From Minisyncoccota bacterium (lineage in GTDB: Bacteria; Patescibacteriota; Minisyncoccia; Phycocordibacterales; Phycocordibacteraceae), in the NCBI GenBank assembly GCA_041660025.1, contig JBAZXD010000001.1, forward strand, positions 305,851-369,850: a stretch of 64,000 bases of DNA, given 5' to 3'. The stretch's first letter is position 1. Every line of letters starts with the position of its first letter. Below, piece by piece: positions 34,603 to 43,695 of this stretch. The notes under the pieces are model-generated. The model saw only the letters and a list, made by a program, of their open reading frames with translations, was not told where the DNA came from and searched no databases. The translations under genes were made by a program, and so were the position numbers.

Positions 34603-35961
34603 TTATCGCTCCGAGACGAAGGTCAGCGCCTTACCCTTCATTGCGGCGCGGCCGGTGCGGCCGATGCGATGGACGTAATCCTCGTAGGTCGAGGGGAGGT
34701 CGTAGTTGATGACGTGCGAGACGGCGGGGATGTCGATGCCGCGCGCCGCGACATCGGTCGCCACGAGCACACTCACCTTCCCCGCTTTGAAGGCCTCTAG
34801 CGCGCGCTGGCGCGCGCCTTGGGTCTTATTGCCATGGATGCTTTCGGCGTGGATGTGCAGCCGGGAGAGCGCCTTGGCGAGCTTCTCGACGCCGAACTTC
34901 GTGCGCCCGAAGACAAGCACTTTGCTAAAATCGCGATCCTTCAGCATCTCAGAGAGCACGTCGAACTTATCCTTTCCGCGTGGAATGCGGACGACATCTT
35001 GATCAACGCTCGACGGCGTGTCGCGCGTCTTGACCGAGATGATGACCGGACTCGAGAGAAAGTCACCAATGAGCTTCTCAATATCCCTTCCCATCGTCGC
35101 TGAGAAGAAGAGCGTGTGGCGCTCCTTACGCATCTTGGAGAGAATCATCCGCATATCGTCGATGAATCCCATATCGAGCATACGGTCCGCCTCGTCGAGA
35201 ACGACCGTGCCGAACTCAGTGAGCACAAGCGCCTTGCGCTCCATCAGATCCTTGAGGCGCCCGGGAGTGCCGATGACGAATGCCGGATCGTGCCGGAGCT
35301 GGGAGATCTGCGGGCCGATGTTCGCCCCGCCGACCGCGACCATACCGCGGAAGCCAAGCCCCTTGGCAAAGCCTGCGAGTTCCTTCTCGATCTGCACTGC
35401 GAGTTCACGCGTGGGCGCCATGATAAGGATGCGCTCGCCCTTCTGCTTCATCACCTTGTCGATGAGCGGAATGAGGAATGCCGCCGTTTTCCCGGTCCCC
35501 GTCTCGGCGAGCCCGACGACGTCCTGTCCGAGAAGTGCGTGCGGGATAGCCTTGTCCTGAATAGGCGTCGGCGACTCATACTTACGCGCGATGATATTCG
35601 CCTTCAGATGCGCATTGATATCGAAGTCTGAGAACTTGTGCTCCGGAACGAATACCGGCTCCTCAGTCGTGACGACTGTCTTGTTCATAAACTTCGAGAT
35701 CTCGGCCTCCGTCTCGCCGAAAGAGCCGAAGCCTCCGCGACGCGCCGGGGCGCGACCGCGACTGCCGCCGCTAAACCCGCCGCGTGCGCCATAACCACCC
35801 TTAGACGGGAAACGGGAACTGCCGCCGCTACGGCCGCCAAAACGGCTCGGACCCGTGCTCCCGTGCCCGGACGGGCGCGGCGAATACGGGCGATTACTAT
35901 CGCTTCGAGAACCTCCTGAAGAACTTCCTGCTGATTGATGATTCCAACGCCCTACTTGCAT
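34603..35961 (-). CDS. DEAD-box ATP-dependent RNA helicase with N-terminal RG/SG-rich extension
   Basis: Q-motif (F.D..L......Y..PTPIQ), AETGTGKT, VLDEAD, SAT and HRIGRTGR motifs. ~90-aa Gly/Arg/Ser-rich N-terminus; an alternative start at MNKTVV (35688) is possible. Confidence 0.85.
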   Translation of the reverse strand: MQVGRWNHQSAGSSSGGSRSDSNRPYSPRPSGHGSTGPSRFGGRSGGSSRFPSKGGYGARGGFSGGSRGRAPARRGGFGSFGETEAEISKFMNKTVVTTEEPVFVPEHKFSDFDINAHLKANIIARKYESPTPIQDKAIPHALLGQDVVGLAETGTGKTAAFLIPLIDKVMKQKGERILIMAPTRELAVQIEKELAGFAKGLGFRGMVAVGGANIGPQISQLRHDPAFVIGTPGRLKDLMERKALVLTEFGTVVLDEADRMLDMGFIDDMRMILSKMRKERHTLFFSATMGRDIEKLIGDFLSSPVIISVKTRDTPSSVDQDVVRIPRGKDKFDVLSEMLKDRDFSKVLVFGRTKFGVEKLAKALSRLHIHAESIHGNKTQGARQRALEAFKAGKVSVLVATDVAARGIDIPAVSHVINYDLPSTYEDYVHRIGRTGRAAMKGKALTFVSER

Positions 35962-36017
35962 AATGAATATAGCTAGCTAAATAAAAGCCTTTGAAGTCTG
36001 CTCTCGAATGTAAAAGT

Positions 36018-36335
36018 CTAAGAAATCGAATCGATCTTAACCTTGAGAATTGGCTGGCGATGCCCTTTGCGCTTGTAGTAGCGGCTCTTCGGCTTATACT
36101 TCACCACCTCGACTTTCTTATCCAATCCGGCGAGAACAACGGTGCCCTTGACCTCTGCACCCTTGATAACGGGCGCACCGATGGTCGTGTCCGAGCCGTT
36201 GTCGACGAGGAGCACCTCGCCAAAGACAACTGTGTCACCTTTTTTCAAATCCCCCGGGAGCTTCTCTATAGCAATAGTGTCGCCTTTAGAGACGACATAC
36301 TGCTTCCCGCCGGTCTTGATTACGGCCACTTCCAT
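36018..36335 (-). CDS. rplU: 50S ribosomal protein L21
   Basis: MEVAVIKTGGKQYVVSKGDTI...KYKPKSRYYKRKGHRQ matches L21; start placed at the MEVAV Met. Confidence 0.9.
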   Translation of the reverse strand: MEVAVIKTGGKQYVVSKGDTIAIEKLPGDLKKGDTVVFGEVLLVDNGSDTTIGAPVIKGAEVKGTVVLAGLDKKVEVVKYKPKSRYYKRKGHRQPILKVKIDSIS

Positions 36336-36377
36336 AGTCCCCATAATCTAGCATTTCCGGCCCCAATAGGCAAGCTT

Positions 36378-37466
36378 TTACTCTTCTGAGGTTACAGGCT
36401 TATCTAGCAGTTCGGGTTCGATGCCGATTTTACTTTCAGCGATGCGGTAGACATCCTTGTCTATCTTGCCGAGCTCTTTGTAGCCTGCGTTATAGTGCGA
36501 AACAGTCGTCCCGAGCGAGACGCCGAGCTTTTTATAGAACTGCTCGTAGGAGGCGACATGCTTCCCGAGCTCCCCTACCCTCTGCTGTATCTCAACTGCC
36601 TTCTTCTCTATCTGGAGCGCTTTTAATCCCTGCATCACGGTTTGTAAATAAGCTAAGAAGGAGGTCGGCGAGACTATAATGACTTTATATTTGCTTGATG
36701 CTCGTTGAATGAGGTTCTCGTCTTCCCCGGCGCCGACTTGGTTCGTGAGGAGGTCGTAATAGATGCCCTCGGAGGGGATGAACATAAAGGCGAAGTCCAT
36801 CGTGTTCTCTTCAGGGCGGATATACTTCGCCGTCTCCTGAATGCGCATCTTGAGGTCGTTCACGAACGCCTTCTCGGCATTGGCGCGTTCGGGACTGCCT
36901 ATCTGGGTGCTCACGAAGCGGTTGTAATTGTCGAGCGAGAACTTAGAGTCTATCGGGACGATTTTGTCGTTCACGAAAACGGCGGCGTCTACTATCTCGC
37001 CGTTCTTGAACGGATACTGGATCTGGTACATACCCGGCGGCAAAACGTTCTTAAGCACGGTCTCCAAGTAATACTCGCCGAGAATGCCGCGTTGCTTCGG
37101 ATTCTTAAGCAAATCCTGGAGCGATTGCAGTTGTTCGGCGAAGCCTTGCGTCTGGCGACCGATCTCTTTCACCGAGGTGACTTCCTGCGTGATCTCTTTG
37201 ATAAGTCGCGAGGACTCGGTAAATTGGCGATGAGCATTCTCCTGCATCGACTTCGAGGATTCGGCGACGCGCGCGTCGAGCGTCCGCTCGAGATTCTGTA
37301 GCTGTTGTTGGAGAAGGACCATACCGCTTCCCTCCTCGGGGATGGTTTCGCGCCGGCGGAATATGAGATACAGGCCGATGCCCTGTACGAAAAGGAGGGC
37401 GAGCACGATAAGAGCAACCGTGAACAAATCCATATCTGATATACTACCTCGCATATGGCTATCCAC
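36378..37466 (-). CDS. rmuC: DNA recombination protein RmuC
   Basis: N-terminal TM, a long coiled coil, and a C-terminal RmuC nuclease-like domain (FMFIPSEGIYYDLL...VIIVSPTSFLAYLQTV). The start may be the internal Met at 37433. Confidence 0.78.
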   Translation of the reverse strand: MDSHMRGSISDMDLFTVALIVLALLFVQGIGLYLIFRRRETIPEEGSGMVLLQQQLQNLERTLDARVAESSKSMQENAHRQFTESSRLIKEITQEVTSVKEIGRQTQGFAEQLQSLQDLLKNPKQRGILGEYYLETVLKNVLPPGMYQIQYPFKNGEIVDAAVFVNDKIVPIDSKFSLDNYNRFVSTQIGSPERANAEKAFVNDLKMRIQETAKYIRPEENTMDFAFMFIPSEGIYYDLLTNQVGAGEDENLIQRASSKYKVIIVSPTSFLAYLQTVMQGLKALQIEKKAVEIQQRVGELGKHVASYEQFYKKLGVSLGTTVSHYNAGYKELGKIDKDVYRIAESKIGIEPELLDKPVTSEE

Positions 37467-37913
37467 GAAACCCTGAAGAAATCAATTCCCGACGCGCTCC
37501 GCGCGCATGATGAAGTGCGGCTCCGGACGCTCCGCTCGCTCGTGACCGCGATGACGAACGAAGTTGTCGCCAAGAAGCGCAAGCCGGATGAATATCTCAC
37601 CGACGATGAGGCATTCGCGGTTGTGAAGCGCGCCGCCAATCAGCGCAAGGATTCCATCGAGCAGTTCGAGAAGGCGTCCCGTAACGACCTCGCCGAACCC
37701 GAGAAGCTCGAACTCGCCATCCTCGAGTCCTATCTCCCCGCTCTGATGAGCCGTGAAGAGATTCTTCCCATCGCAAAAGCGAAAATGGCGGAACTCGGCA
37801 TCTCCAGTAAAGCCGACGCCGGCAAATTTACTGGTGCATTGATGAAGGAATTGAAAGGCAAGGCTGACGGCGGCGACGTGAAGGCGGTTGTGGACTCCCT
37901 TCTCGCGCAATAA
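37455..37913 (+). CDS. GatB/YqeY domain protein
   Basis: Sequence (LRTLRSLVTAMTNEVVAKKRK...DDEAFAVVKRAANQRKDSIEQF) matches the YqeY family. Confidence 0.8.
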   Translation: MAIHETLKKSIPDALRAHDEVRLRTLRSLVTAMTNEVVAKKRKPDEYLTDDEAFAVVKRAANQRKDSIEQFEKASRNDLAEPEKLELAILESYLPALMSREEILPIAKAKMAELGISSKADAGKFTGALMKELKGKADGGDVKAVVDSLLAQ

Positions 37914-37953
37914 CAGCTATTGACAGTCACCCTCCTTTTGTCATACTTCGGCT

Positions 37954-38232
37954 ATGTCCACCAACATGGAGGGACGTATGAAAGCCACTGCGAGTCAGGA
38001 GGAGTTTAATCCTGTGACCGCTGACTATGGTCCGTCGAGGGAACAACTTGCAAAACTTTTTGCGCCTCACATAGGTAAGCCGTTGTCTCATCAGCAGAAG
38101 CTGGAAAGAATAGCGCGAGAGCTTTATAACGGCGACATGAAAAAGGCTGAGGCGTTCGAACGCGACGCGGCTGCTCACGAACGCGAAATCCAAAGAACCA
38201 TTCCTACGGGCGAAAAAGAGGAGAGTATTTGA
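37954..38232 (+). CDS. Hypothetical protein (low-GC orphan)
   Basis: 92-aa ORF in an AT-rich segment with a terminator immediately downstream; no recognisable family. Confidence 0.4.
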   Translation: MSTNMEGRMKATASQEEFNPVTADYGPSREQLAKLFAPHIGKPLSHQQKLERIARELYNGDMKKAEAFERDAAAHEREIQRTIPTGEKEESI

Positions 38233-38257
38233 TCACTCCTTCCTTTTTGCCGATTTC

Positions 38258-38290
38258 TGACCGGCTGAAACAGGCCGGTTTTTTATTTTC
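38258..38290 (+). terminator. Rho-independent terminator
   Basis: accggc-tgaaacag-gccggt followed by TTTTTTATTTT. Confidence 0.55.
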
Positions 38291-38319
38291 CGTAAGTTGA
38301 GGTTGTTGGGAGAAAAATG

Positions 38320-38352
38320 TAACCCCCGCGCGGCGTACCGCGCGGGGGTTGA
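38320..38352 (-). terminator. GC-rich hairpin downstream of minus-strand gene 38360..38632
   Basis: CCCCCGCGCG-gcgtac-CGCGCGGGGG 10-bp perfect stem. On the minus strand it is followed by ttacatttttctc. Confidence 0.4.
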
Positions 38353-38359
38353 TTGTCGT

Positions 38360-38632
38360 TCATCGCTTCGGCCATACATATGCGGCGGCTTTTTTGAACA
38401 AGCTCCCCAGACCGAAAACGATGAGCGCACCGGCAAAGAAGAGTCCATCCAGCCAGTCTTCAACCTTTGAATCCTTCATTACGAGTTCTTTTTCTTTCGG
38501 CGGCAAGCTGGCGAGAGGACCTTCTTGATAAAGACCGAGATCCTCCATCACAAGCAGCACATATGCCATGATATTCTGCCGAAAAAGGTACAGGACCAAA
38601 ACAACGAGCAGAAAAATCGTCACAACAATCAT
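38360..38632 (-). CDS. Hypothetical small membrane protein
   Basis: 90 aa, two predicted TM helices. Confidence 0.45.
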   Translation of the reverse strand: MIVVTIFLLVVLVLYLFRQNIMAYVLLVMEDLGLYQEGPLASLPPKEKELVMKDSKVEDWLDGLFFAGALIVFGLGSLFKKAAAYVWPKR

Positions 38633-38715
38633 GTCGTCCCCCAGGTTGGTGGATGAAGCGAATTTGCCCGTGTTTAGGATACTACTAGTATCGAAATAAT
38701 CAACACATTTTTAAT

Positions 38716-38790
38716 TGGTGACCCTACTGGGAATCGAACCCAGCTTCCAAGCTTGAGAAGCTTGTGTCCTAACCGATAGACGATAGGGCC
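38716..38790 (-). tRNA. tRNA-Glu (anticodon CTC) with encoded CCA
   Basis: Reverse complement folds as GGCCCTA acceptor, anticodon stem CAAGC/GCTTG with loop TTCTCAA (CTC), T arm CTGGG-TTCGATT-CCCAG, and 3' end TAGGGTCACCA. Confidence 0.8.
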
Positions 38791-38824
38791 TCAGATTTTT
38801 TATACCAAATTTTTGCATGGCGCG

Positions 38825-40099
38825 CTATGCGCGCCGTTTCCAGGCTTTTTCTTGACGGACGAGTTTCGAAACATCAGCAGGGTCGGCGAGCAGGGCCTCG
38901 ACGATGCGTTCGGTACGGATGGACTGCGAACCTTTCACCAAGATAACGTCGCCTGCTCGCACGAGCGCGGGGAGCTCGAGTGCCACCGCGCGAGCGTTAT
39001 CAAACGAAGCGACTTCGGTATTCCCGCGCGCGCCCGCGAAGGCGCGGGCGCGAATACCGACCGTGATGATGAGGTCGGCCGATTCTCCCGCGAGCGTACT
39101 GATGCGTTCGTGCTCCATAACCGAATAGCGGCCGAGCTCAAGCATATCGCCGAGCACAGCAACGCGACGTTTCGCGTTCGGGAACGCTTTGAGTGTCGCG
39201 AGCGCCTCCTCGACCGCCGCGGGCGACGCGTTGTACGAATCATCAATGATGATCGAACCGCTCTTCCCGGCGAGGAGACGCCCGCGCCCGGCCGGCGGCT
39301 CATACCTCTTCAGCGCGGTAAGCGCCTCGGAAACCGGTATCTCGAACGCGAGGGCGGCCGCGAGGGCGGCCGCGACCGGAAGAAGCTGTGTCGCCCCGAC
39401 CGAGCCGCTCACGACAAGCTCTTCTTGGACATCTTTCATATGCATCTGCGCCCGCATACCGACAACCTTTCCGTCTTCCGTATAAAAACCGGTATCGCTC
39501 AAGCGCACCGAGGCGGATGCCGCACTACCATAGGAGATAACGCGGGAGGGTGTGCGTAGGGCATTCTCGAGCGCATACGGGTCGTCGGCGGGGACGATAA
39601 GCGGCGCTCCGGCGGAGAGCGCGTAGGCGGGAGAGAATTCCTCTTCACGCACCGCCTCAGGAGAGGCGTATGCCTCGACGTGCACCGATATCTCGGGCAA
39701 TCGCGTTACGACGACGGCGTCCGGCGTCGCGATGCGCAGTATCCGCGCGAGGTCGCCCGGCTTGTCCGCGCCCGTCTCGAGTACGAGCAGGGTCGGATAA
39801 TGATTCGGCAATACGAGGAGCGCGACAGCGCTCCTCACGATAGCGAGCCAAGCGAGAGGGTCCTGCCACGGATTCCCCACGCCGAGGATAGTGAAGGGAA
39901 CGCCGAATTCACTGTTGAAGCTCTTCTCGCTCTTACGCACATAGAAGCGCGATGCGAGTACCGCCGCCACTGCATCCTTTGTCGACGTCTTCCCTACCGA
40001 CCCTGTCACCATCACGATCCTTGGAGCGTAGCGGCGCACGACCGCGCGCGCGAGGAGCGCGAGCGCGAATGCGACGATTGATTTGAATAGGTTTTTCAT
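38825..40099 (-). CDS. murF: UDP-MurNAc-tripeptide--D-Ala-D-Ala ligase
   Basis: Mur ligase P-loop VTGSVGKTSTKD, central and C-terminal Mur ligase domains (DDSYNASP). Sits in dcw cluster context after ftsI. Confidence 0.9.
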   Translation of the reverse strand: MKNLFKSIVAFALALLARAVVRRYAPRIVMVTGSVGKTSTKDAVAAVLASRFYVRKSEKSFNSEFGVPFTILGVGNPWQDPLAWLAIVRSAVALLVLPNHYPTLLVLETGADKPGDLARILRIATPDAVVVTRLPEISVHVEAYASPEAVREEEFSPAYALSAGAPLIVPADDPYALENALRTPSRVISYGSAASASVRLSDTGFYTEDGKVVGMRAQMHMKDVQEELVVSGSVGATQLLPVAAALAAALAFEIPVSEALTALKRYEPPAGRGRLLAGKSGSIIIDDSYNASPAAVEEALATLKAFPNAKRRVAVLGDMLELGRYSVMEHERISTLAGESADLIITVGIRARAFAGARGNTEVASFDNARAVALELPALVRAGDVILVKGSQSIRTERIVEALLADPADVSKLVRQEKAWKRRA

Positions 40100-41844
40100 G
40101 GTGTGGTAGCGGCACCTACCTGCGCTGGCAGGCCGCGATCGGGCGGTACTTCGTAATAGTCGATGAGAAAGTGCACGAGGTCAAGGAACGTCGCATCGAG
40201 CGTCTCTGACGCATAGGTAACTCCTTGTGGGTCGTTCGTGTAGAGCAGGATGATGAATCGCGGACTGTAGGAGGGGAAGAAGCCGACAAAGGAGTGGAAA
40301 AAACGGTCTGTGTAATAGCTCCCGCCCGGTGTGGTGAGCTGGGCGGTGCCGGTCTTCGCCGCCACCGACATCGTCGGGATGATGGCTTTGCCGTTCTCGA
40401 GTTTCTCGTCGACGAGCGCCGTCATCATCTCTGTTGTCTCGCGCGCCGCGGCGGCCGAGAAGACCGGTACGGTCTCGCTCCAGTCGAGCTCCCGTTCTAT
40501 ACCGGAGTTCAGGCGGACCGCGCGCACCAGATGCGGCTTCACCATCACGCCGCCGTTGGCGATAGCGCCGAGCGCGCGCATCATCTGTACCGGCGTCACC
40601 GCGATGCCCTGGCCGAAGGCGGCCGTGTCGTAGCCGATCTGCTGCGGCTTCGAGAGATTCCCCAGGAGTGCGCCGCTCTCGTTCGGCAGATCGATGCCGG
40701 TCTTCTGCCCGAACAGCTTCGTGAAGTAGGTGCGGAACTTGTCCTGTCCGAGCTCTGTCGCGAGCCATGCCGCGCCGACATTCAGGGATTGCATGATAAT
40801 CTGTTTTATCGGTATGACCCCGCGCGCTTTCGAATCCCAGTTGCAGATGCGCGCGGTGTTCACGGTGATACAGCCCGTGTCGTTGTAGGTCGTGTTCGGC
40901 ATAACGACGCCCGCATCAAGCGCCGCGGTCATCGTGAGCGGCTTCATAATGGAGCCGAATTCGTGCACGTGCTCCACGAGCGGGTTCCCGAGCAGTGCCC
41001 CGGTAATATCCTGCAGGTCGTTCGCGTCGTAGGCGGGATACTTCGCGAGTGCAAGGATCGCCCCCGTTGAGGGGTCCATAATGATGCCGCCCGATTCTCT
41101 GCTTGAGTAGCGCCGATTCAATTTCACCAAGTCGTCCTGGAGCCGCGTCTGGACCTCAGGCTCGATGGTCGTCACGATGTCGCCCTCGCGCGCGTCCCGC
41201 GCAGTAACGAGCAGATTGCCCACGTTCGAGAAAAGTTCTGCGAAGAAATTCTTATAGAGCGAGTCGCCCGAGCGGCCGAGCGTGCCGTCGTACGTCGCTT
41301 CAAGACCGGTCCGGCCCGCGAGTGTATCGCCCGAGCCGTAAGACACGATACCGATGGACTGCGCCGCGAGCGTATCGCCCGGGTACTGGCGCCAGCGCTC
41401 GCGCAGGACCTGGACGCCGGGGATGTCTTGCGCGGCGAGCGTCTTCCCCTTGTCGTCGGAAAGGCGGTGCGAAACTTCGATGTAGACCTGATTCTTCTTC
41501 AGGGTGGCGGCGAGGAATGCTTCGTGCGAGAGCATAGTGTCAGAGGAGGCGGCAATAGCAGCATATGCGGCCTCGGGGTCTTGGATCGTCTGCGGATTTA
41601 TCGCAACAAGAAAGCCGGTCGCAAGCGTCGCGGCGGAGATAAGGGTGCCGTCCTTGCGGGTAAAATAGACCGAGCCGCGGTCAAAGAGCCCGCTCCCCCC
41701 AGAAGCGAACTGCCGATCGGCCTTCAGGGTGTACTCCTCTCCGTGCACGATCTGTATGAAATAGAGGCGGATACTGATCAGGAGTGCGGCAAGAATGATG
41801 CACACGAGGATAATGCGTATGCGGGAAAGGAACTGTGCGCGCAT
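40096..41844 (-). CDS. ftsI: Penicillin-binding protein 3 / peptidoglycan D,D-transpeptidase
   Basis: N-terminal TM anchor, PBP dimerisation domain, transpeptidase motifs (SxxK: GSIMKP; SxN; KTGT). Confidence 0.9.
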   Translation of the reverse strand: MRAQFLSRIRIILVCIILAALLISIRLYFIQIVHGEEYTLKADRQFASGGSGLFDRGSVYFTRKDGTLISAATLATGFLVAINPQTIQDPEAAYAAIAASSDTMLSHEAFLAATLKKNQVYIEVSHRLSDDKGKTLAAQDIPGVQVLRERWRQYPGDTLAAQSIGIVSYGSGDTLAGRTGLEATYDGTLGRSGDSLYKNFFAELFSNVGNLLVTARDAREGDIVTTIEPEVQTRLQDDLVKLNRRYSSRESGGIIMDPSTGAILALAKYPAYDANDLQDITGALLGNPLVEHVHEFGSIMKPLTMTAALDAGVVMPNTTYNDTGCITVNTARICNWDSKARGVIPIKQIIMQSLNVGAAWLATELGQDKFRTYFTKLFGQKTGIDLPNESGALLGNLSKPQQIGYDTAAFGQGIAVTPVQMMRALGAIANGGVMVKPHLVRAVRLNSGIERELDWSETVPVFSAAAARETTEMMTALVDEKLENGKAIIPTMSVAAKTGTAQLTTPGGSYYTDRFFHSFVGFFPSYSPRFIILLYTNDPQGVTYASETLDATFLDLVHFLIDYYEVPPDRGLPAQVGAATTP

Positions 41845-41853
41845 AGTCTCGAC

Positions 41854-42147
41854 TTACCGCAGAGCGGTTGCACTCTCCGCCCGAACGAACTCCTTCGCGA
41901 CCGGCTTCGCGTAGCCCTCTGCGCTGTAGTCGATGTTGGTAATATGCAAAACGCCCGCGAGATACCGGCCTTCGAGGACCGCAACGGCTGATTCATCATT
42001 CCTCACCGATTGCGAGAATTCGACTGTGAGCGTGGCGTAGCTCATAACAACGGCGATAAGGCCGATGTAGGCGACGAGGAGAACCGCGACCGCGCCGAAA
42101 CAAAGTGAGACGACCGAGTATGGGAGATGGAAGCGTAAATTATGCAT
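41854..42147 (-). CDS. ftsL: FtsL-like cell-division membrane protein
   Basis: 97-aa bitopic protein located between rsmH and ftsI, as in canonical dcw clusters; sequence itself is not diagnostic. Confidence 0.5.
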   Translation of the reverse strand: MHNLRFHLPYSVVSLCFGAVAVLLVAYIGLIAVVMSYATLTVEFSQSVRNDESAVAVLEGRYLAGVLHITNIDYSAEGYAKPVAKEFVRAESATALR

Positions 42148-43090
42148 AGGTATGGTGCGACACTACCGCGTCGACCGGTTCCCGGACGCCGAGGTTCGTT
42201 CGTTCGAAGATGCGCAGCTTCGCACTTCGCGCGCGACGGTTCGCGATGACCTCTGCGCGCGCGGGGACGATCGGCTTCTTCGGCGAGAGCATCCCGAGCC
42301 CCGCGAGCGCGGCATCGCGCAAAAGATTTTTCACGATGCGGTCCTCGATACTGTGGAACGAGATGACCGCGAGACGCCCTTCCGGCGCGAGCGCCGAGAG
42401 CGCGGCCGCGAGCCCCTCGCGTAGACTCCCGATCTCGTCGTTTACCGCTATGCGAAGTGCCTGGAAGGTCTTGGTCGCGGGATGCGTCTTGCCCTTGTGG
42501 TACCAGGCAGGCGTCCCCGCCTTGATCGCGATGACGAGGGCGCCGGTTGTGAGGATGCGCCCCTTCGCACGCGCGGCGACGATCGCGCGGGCGATAGGCC
42601 GCGCGAAGCGCTCTTCGCCGTAGGTAAAGAGAATATCAGCAAGCTCGTCTTCCGAAGAGCTGTTGACGATATCGGCGGCCGTCTCGCCACTCTCCGAATA
42701 ATTCATAAGAAGCGGCTCGTCATCCTGAAATGAAAAGCCACGCGGCGCGGCTATCTGATAGCCGCTCCACCCGAGATCAAAAAGGATCTTCGTGATCGGC
42801 GCGATCCCGAGCCGCTCAAGAATGCGCGTAAGATTGCGAAAATTATCGTTCACGATATGAGCGACCGGTCGCTCGGGTCGACGGTCCTGCGCGTACGCCT
42901 CGCGTGCCCGCTCGACGGCCGCCGGGTCGGCGTCGATGCCGACGAGGATGCCCCCCTCGCCGAGCGCGGCAAGGAGCAGGGCGAAATGCCCTGCACCGCC
43001 GATGGTCGCGTCAACGACCGTATCGCTCGGCTGTACGTCGAGCGCCTCCAGCACCTCGCTCATCAGCACACTGTCGTGGCGGGCTTCCAT
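42140..43090 (-). CDS. rsmH: 16S rRNA (cytosine1402-N4)-methyltransferase
   Basis: HDSVLMSEVLEAL start region, SAM-binding DATIGGAGH, and conserved FHSIEDRIVK. Start taken at MEARHDSV rather than the Arg-rich upstream extension. Confidence 0.88.
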   Translation of the reverse strand: MEARHDSVLMSEVLEALDVQPSDTVVDATIGGAGHFALLLAALGEGGILVGIDADPAAVERAREAYAQDRRPERPVAHIVNDNFRNLTRILERLGIAPITKILFDLGWSGYQIAAPRGFSFQDDEPLLMNYSESGETAADIVNSSSEDELADILFTYGEERFARPIARAIVAARAKGRILTTGALVIAIKAGTPAWYHKGKTHPATKTFQALRIAVNDEIGSLREGLAAALSALAPEGRLAVISFHSIEDRIVKNLLRDAALAGLGMLSPKKPIVPARAEVIANRRARSAKLRIFERTNLGVREPVDAVVSHHTYA

Positions 43091-43091
43091 A

Positions 43092-43520
43092 TCAATTCGG
43101 GCCGCCGACTTTCTCGGCGAAGGCGTCCGCATCGCGTTCAATCGCCGTCGTATACATCTTCCACGCCGCCTCGTCCCAAATTTCGATACGATTCGCGACG
43201 CCGGCGATGACCGTCTTATTCTTGAGTCCGGCAAAACTCTTCAAATGGTCGGGGACAAGCACGCGCCCAACCGCATCAACCTCCGCCTCCATCGCGCCGG
43301 CGAGGAAGAGACGCGCCAGCCCGCGCGCCGCCGCCGTCCCGCTCGCGTGTACCGCGCGGCTCCCGGCCTCTCGCTCCCACGTCTTCTTCGGATAAACGAA
43401 GAGACAATGGTCGAGGCCGCGCGTCAGAACGACGGCGCGGCCGAGACCCTTCCGGAACTTGGCCGGAAGCGAAATGCGATTCTTGGGGTCGAGCGTGTGC
43501 AGGTATTCGCCGATGAACAT
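43092..43520 (-). CDS. mraZ: Transcriptional regulator MraZ
   Basis: Two DxxxR-containing MraZ repeats (LDPKNRISLPAKFR ... GRVLVPDHLK), at the head of the dcw operon. Confidence 0.85.
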   Translation of the reverse strand: MFIGEYLHTLDPKNRISLPAKFRKGLGRAVVLTRGLDHCLFVYPKKTWEREAGSRAVHASGTAAARGLARLFLAGAMEAEVDAVGRVLVPDHLKSFAGLKNKTVIAGVANRIEIWDEAAWKMYTTAIERDADAFAEKVGGPN

Positions 43521-43651
43521 GTTGAAATCAGCGGGTCAGATGAGGAAACAGGCCACCACTCCCATTTTCCACTTCTTCCCACTAATAGGCTAGTCTACAC
43601 CACTCTCCCCCACTCTCCCTACCGAAGTTATCCCCACCTCCCTTCCCAAAC

Positions 43652-43690
43652 AAAAACCGGCGCGGCAAAAGCCGCGCCGGAGTGAGAAAT
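43652..43690 (-). terminator. Rho-independent terminator downstream of class-I lysS
   Basis: On the minus strand: ccggcgcggcttttgccgcgccgg followed by TTTTTGTTT. Confidence 0.5.
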
Positions 43691-43695
43691 CATGC

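Noticed and set aside
38813-39559. 248-aa + strand ORF
   Set aside because: Antisense to murF.
40225-41070. 281-aa + strand ORF
   Set aside because: Antisense to ftsI.
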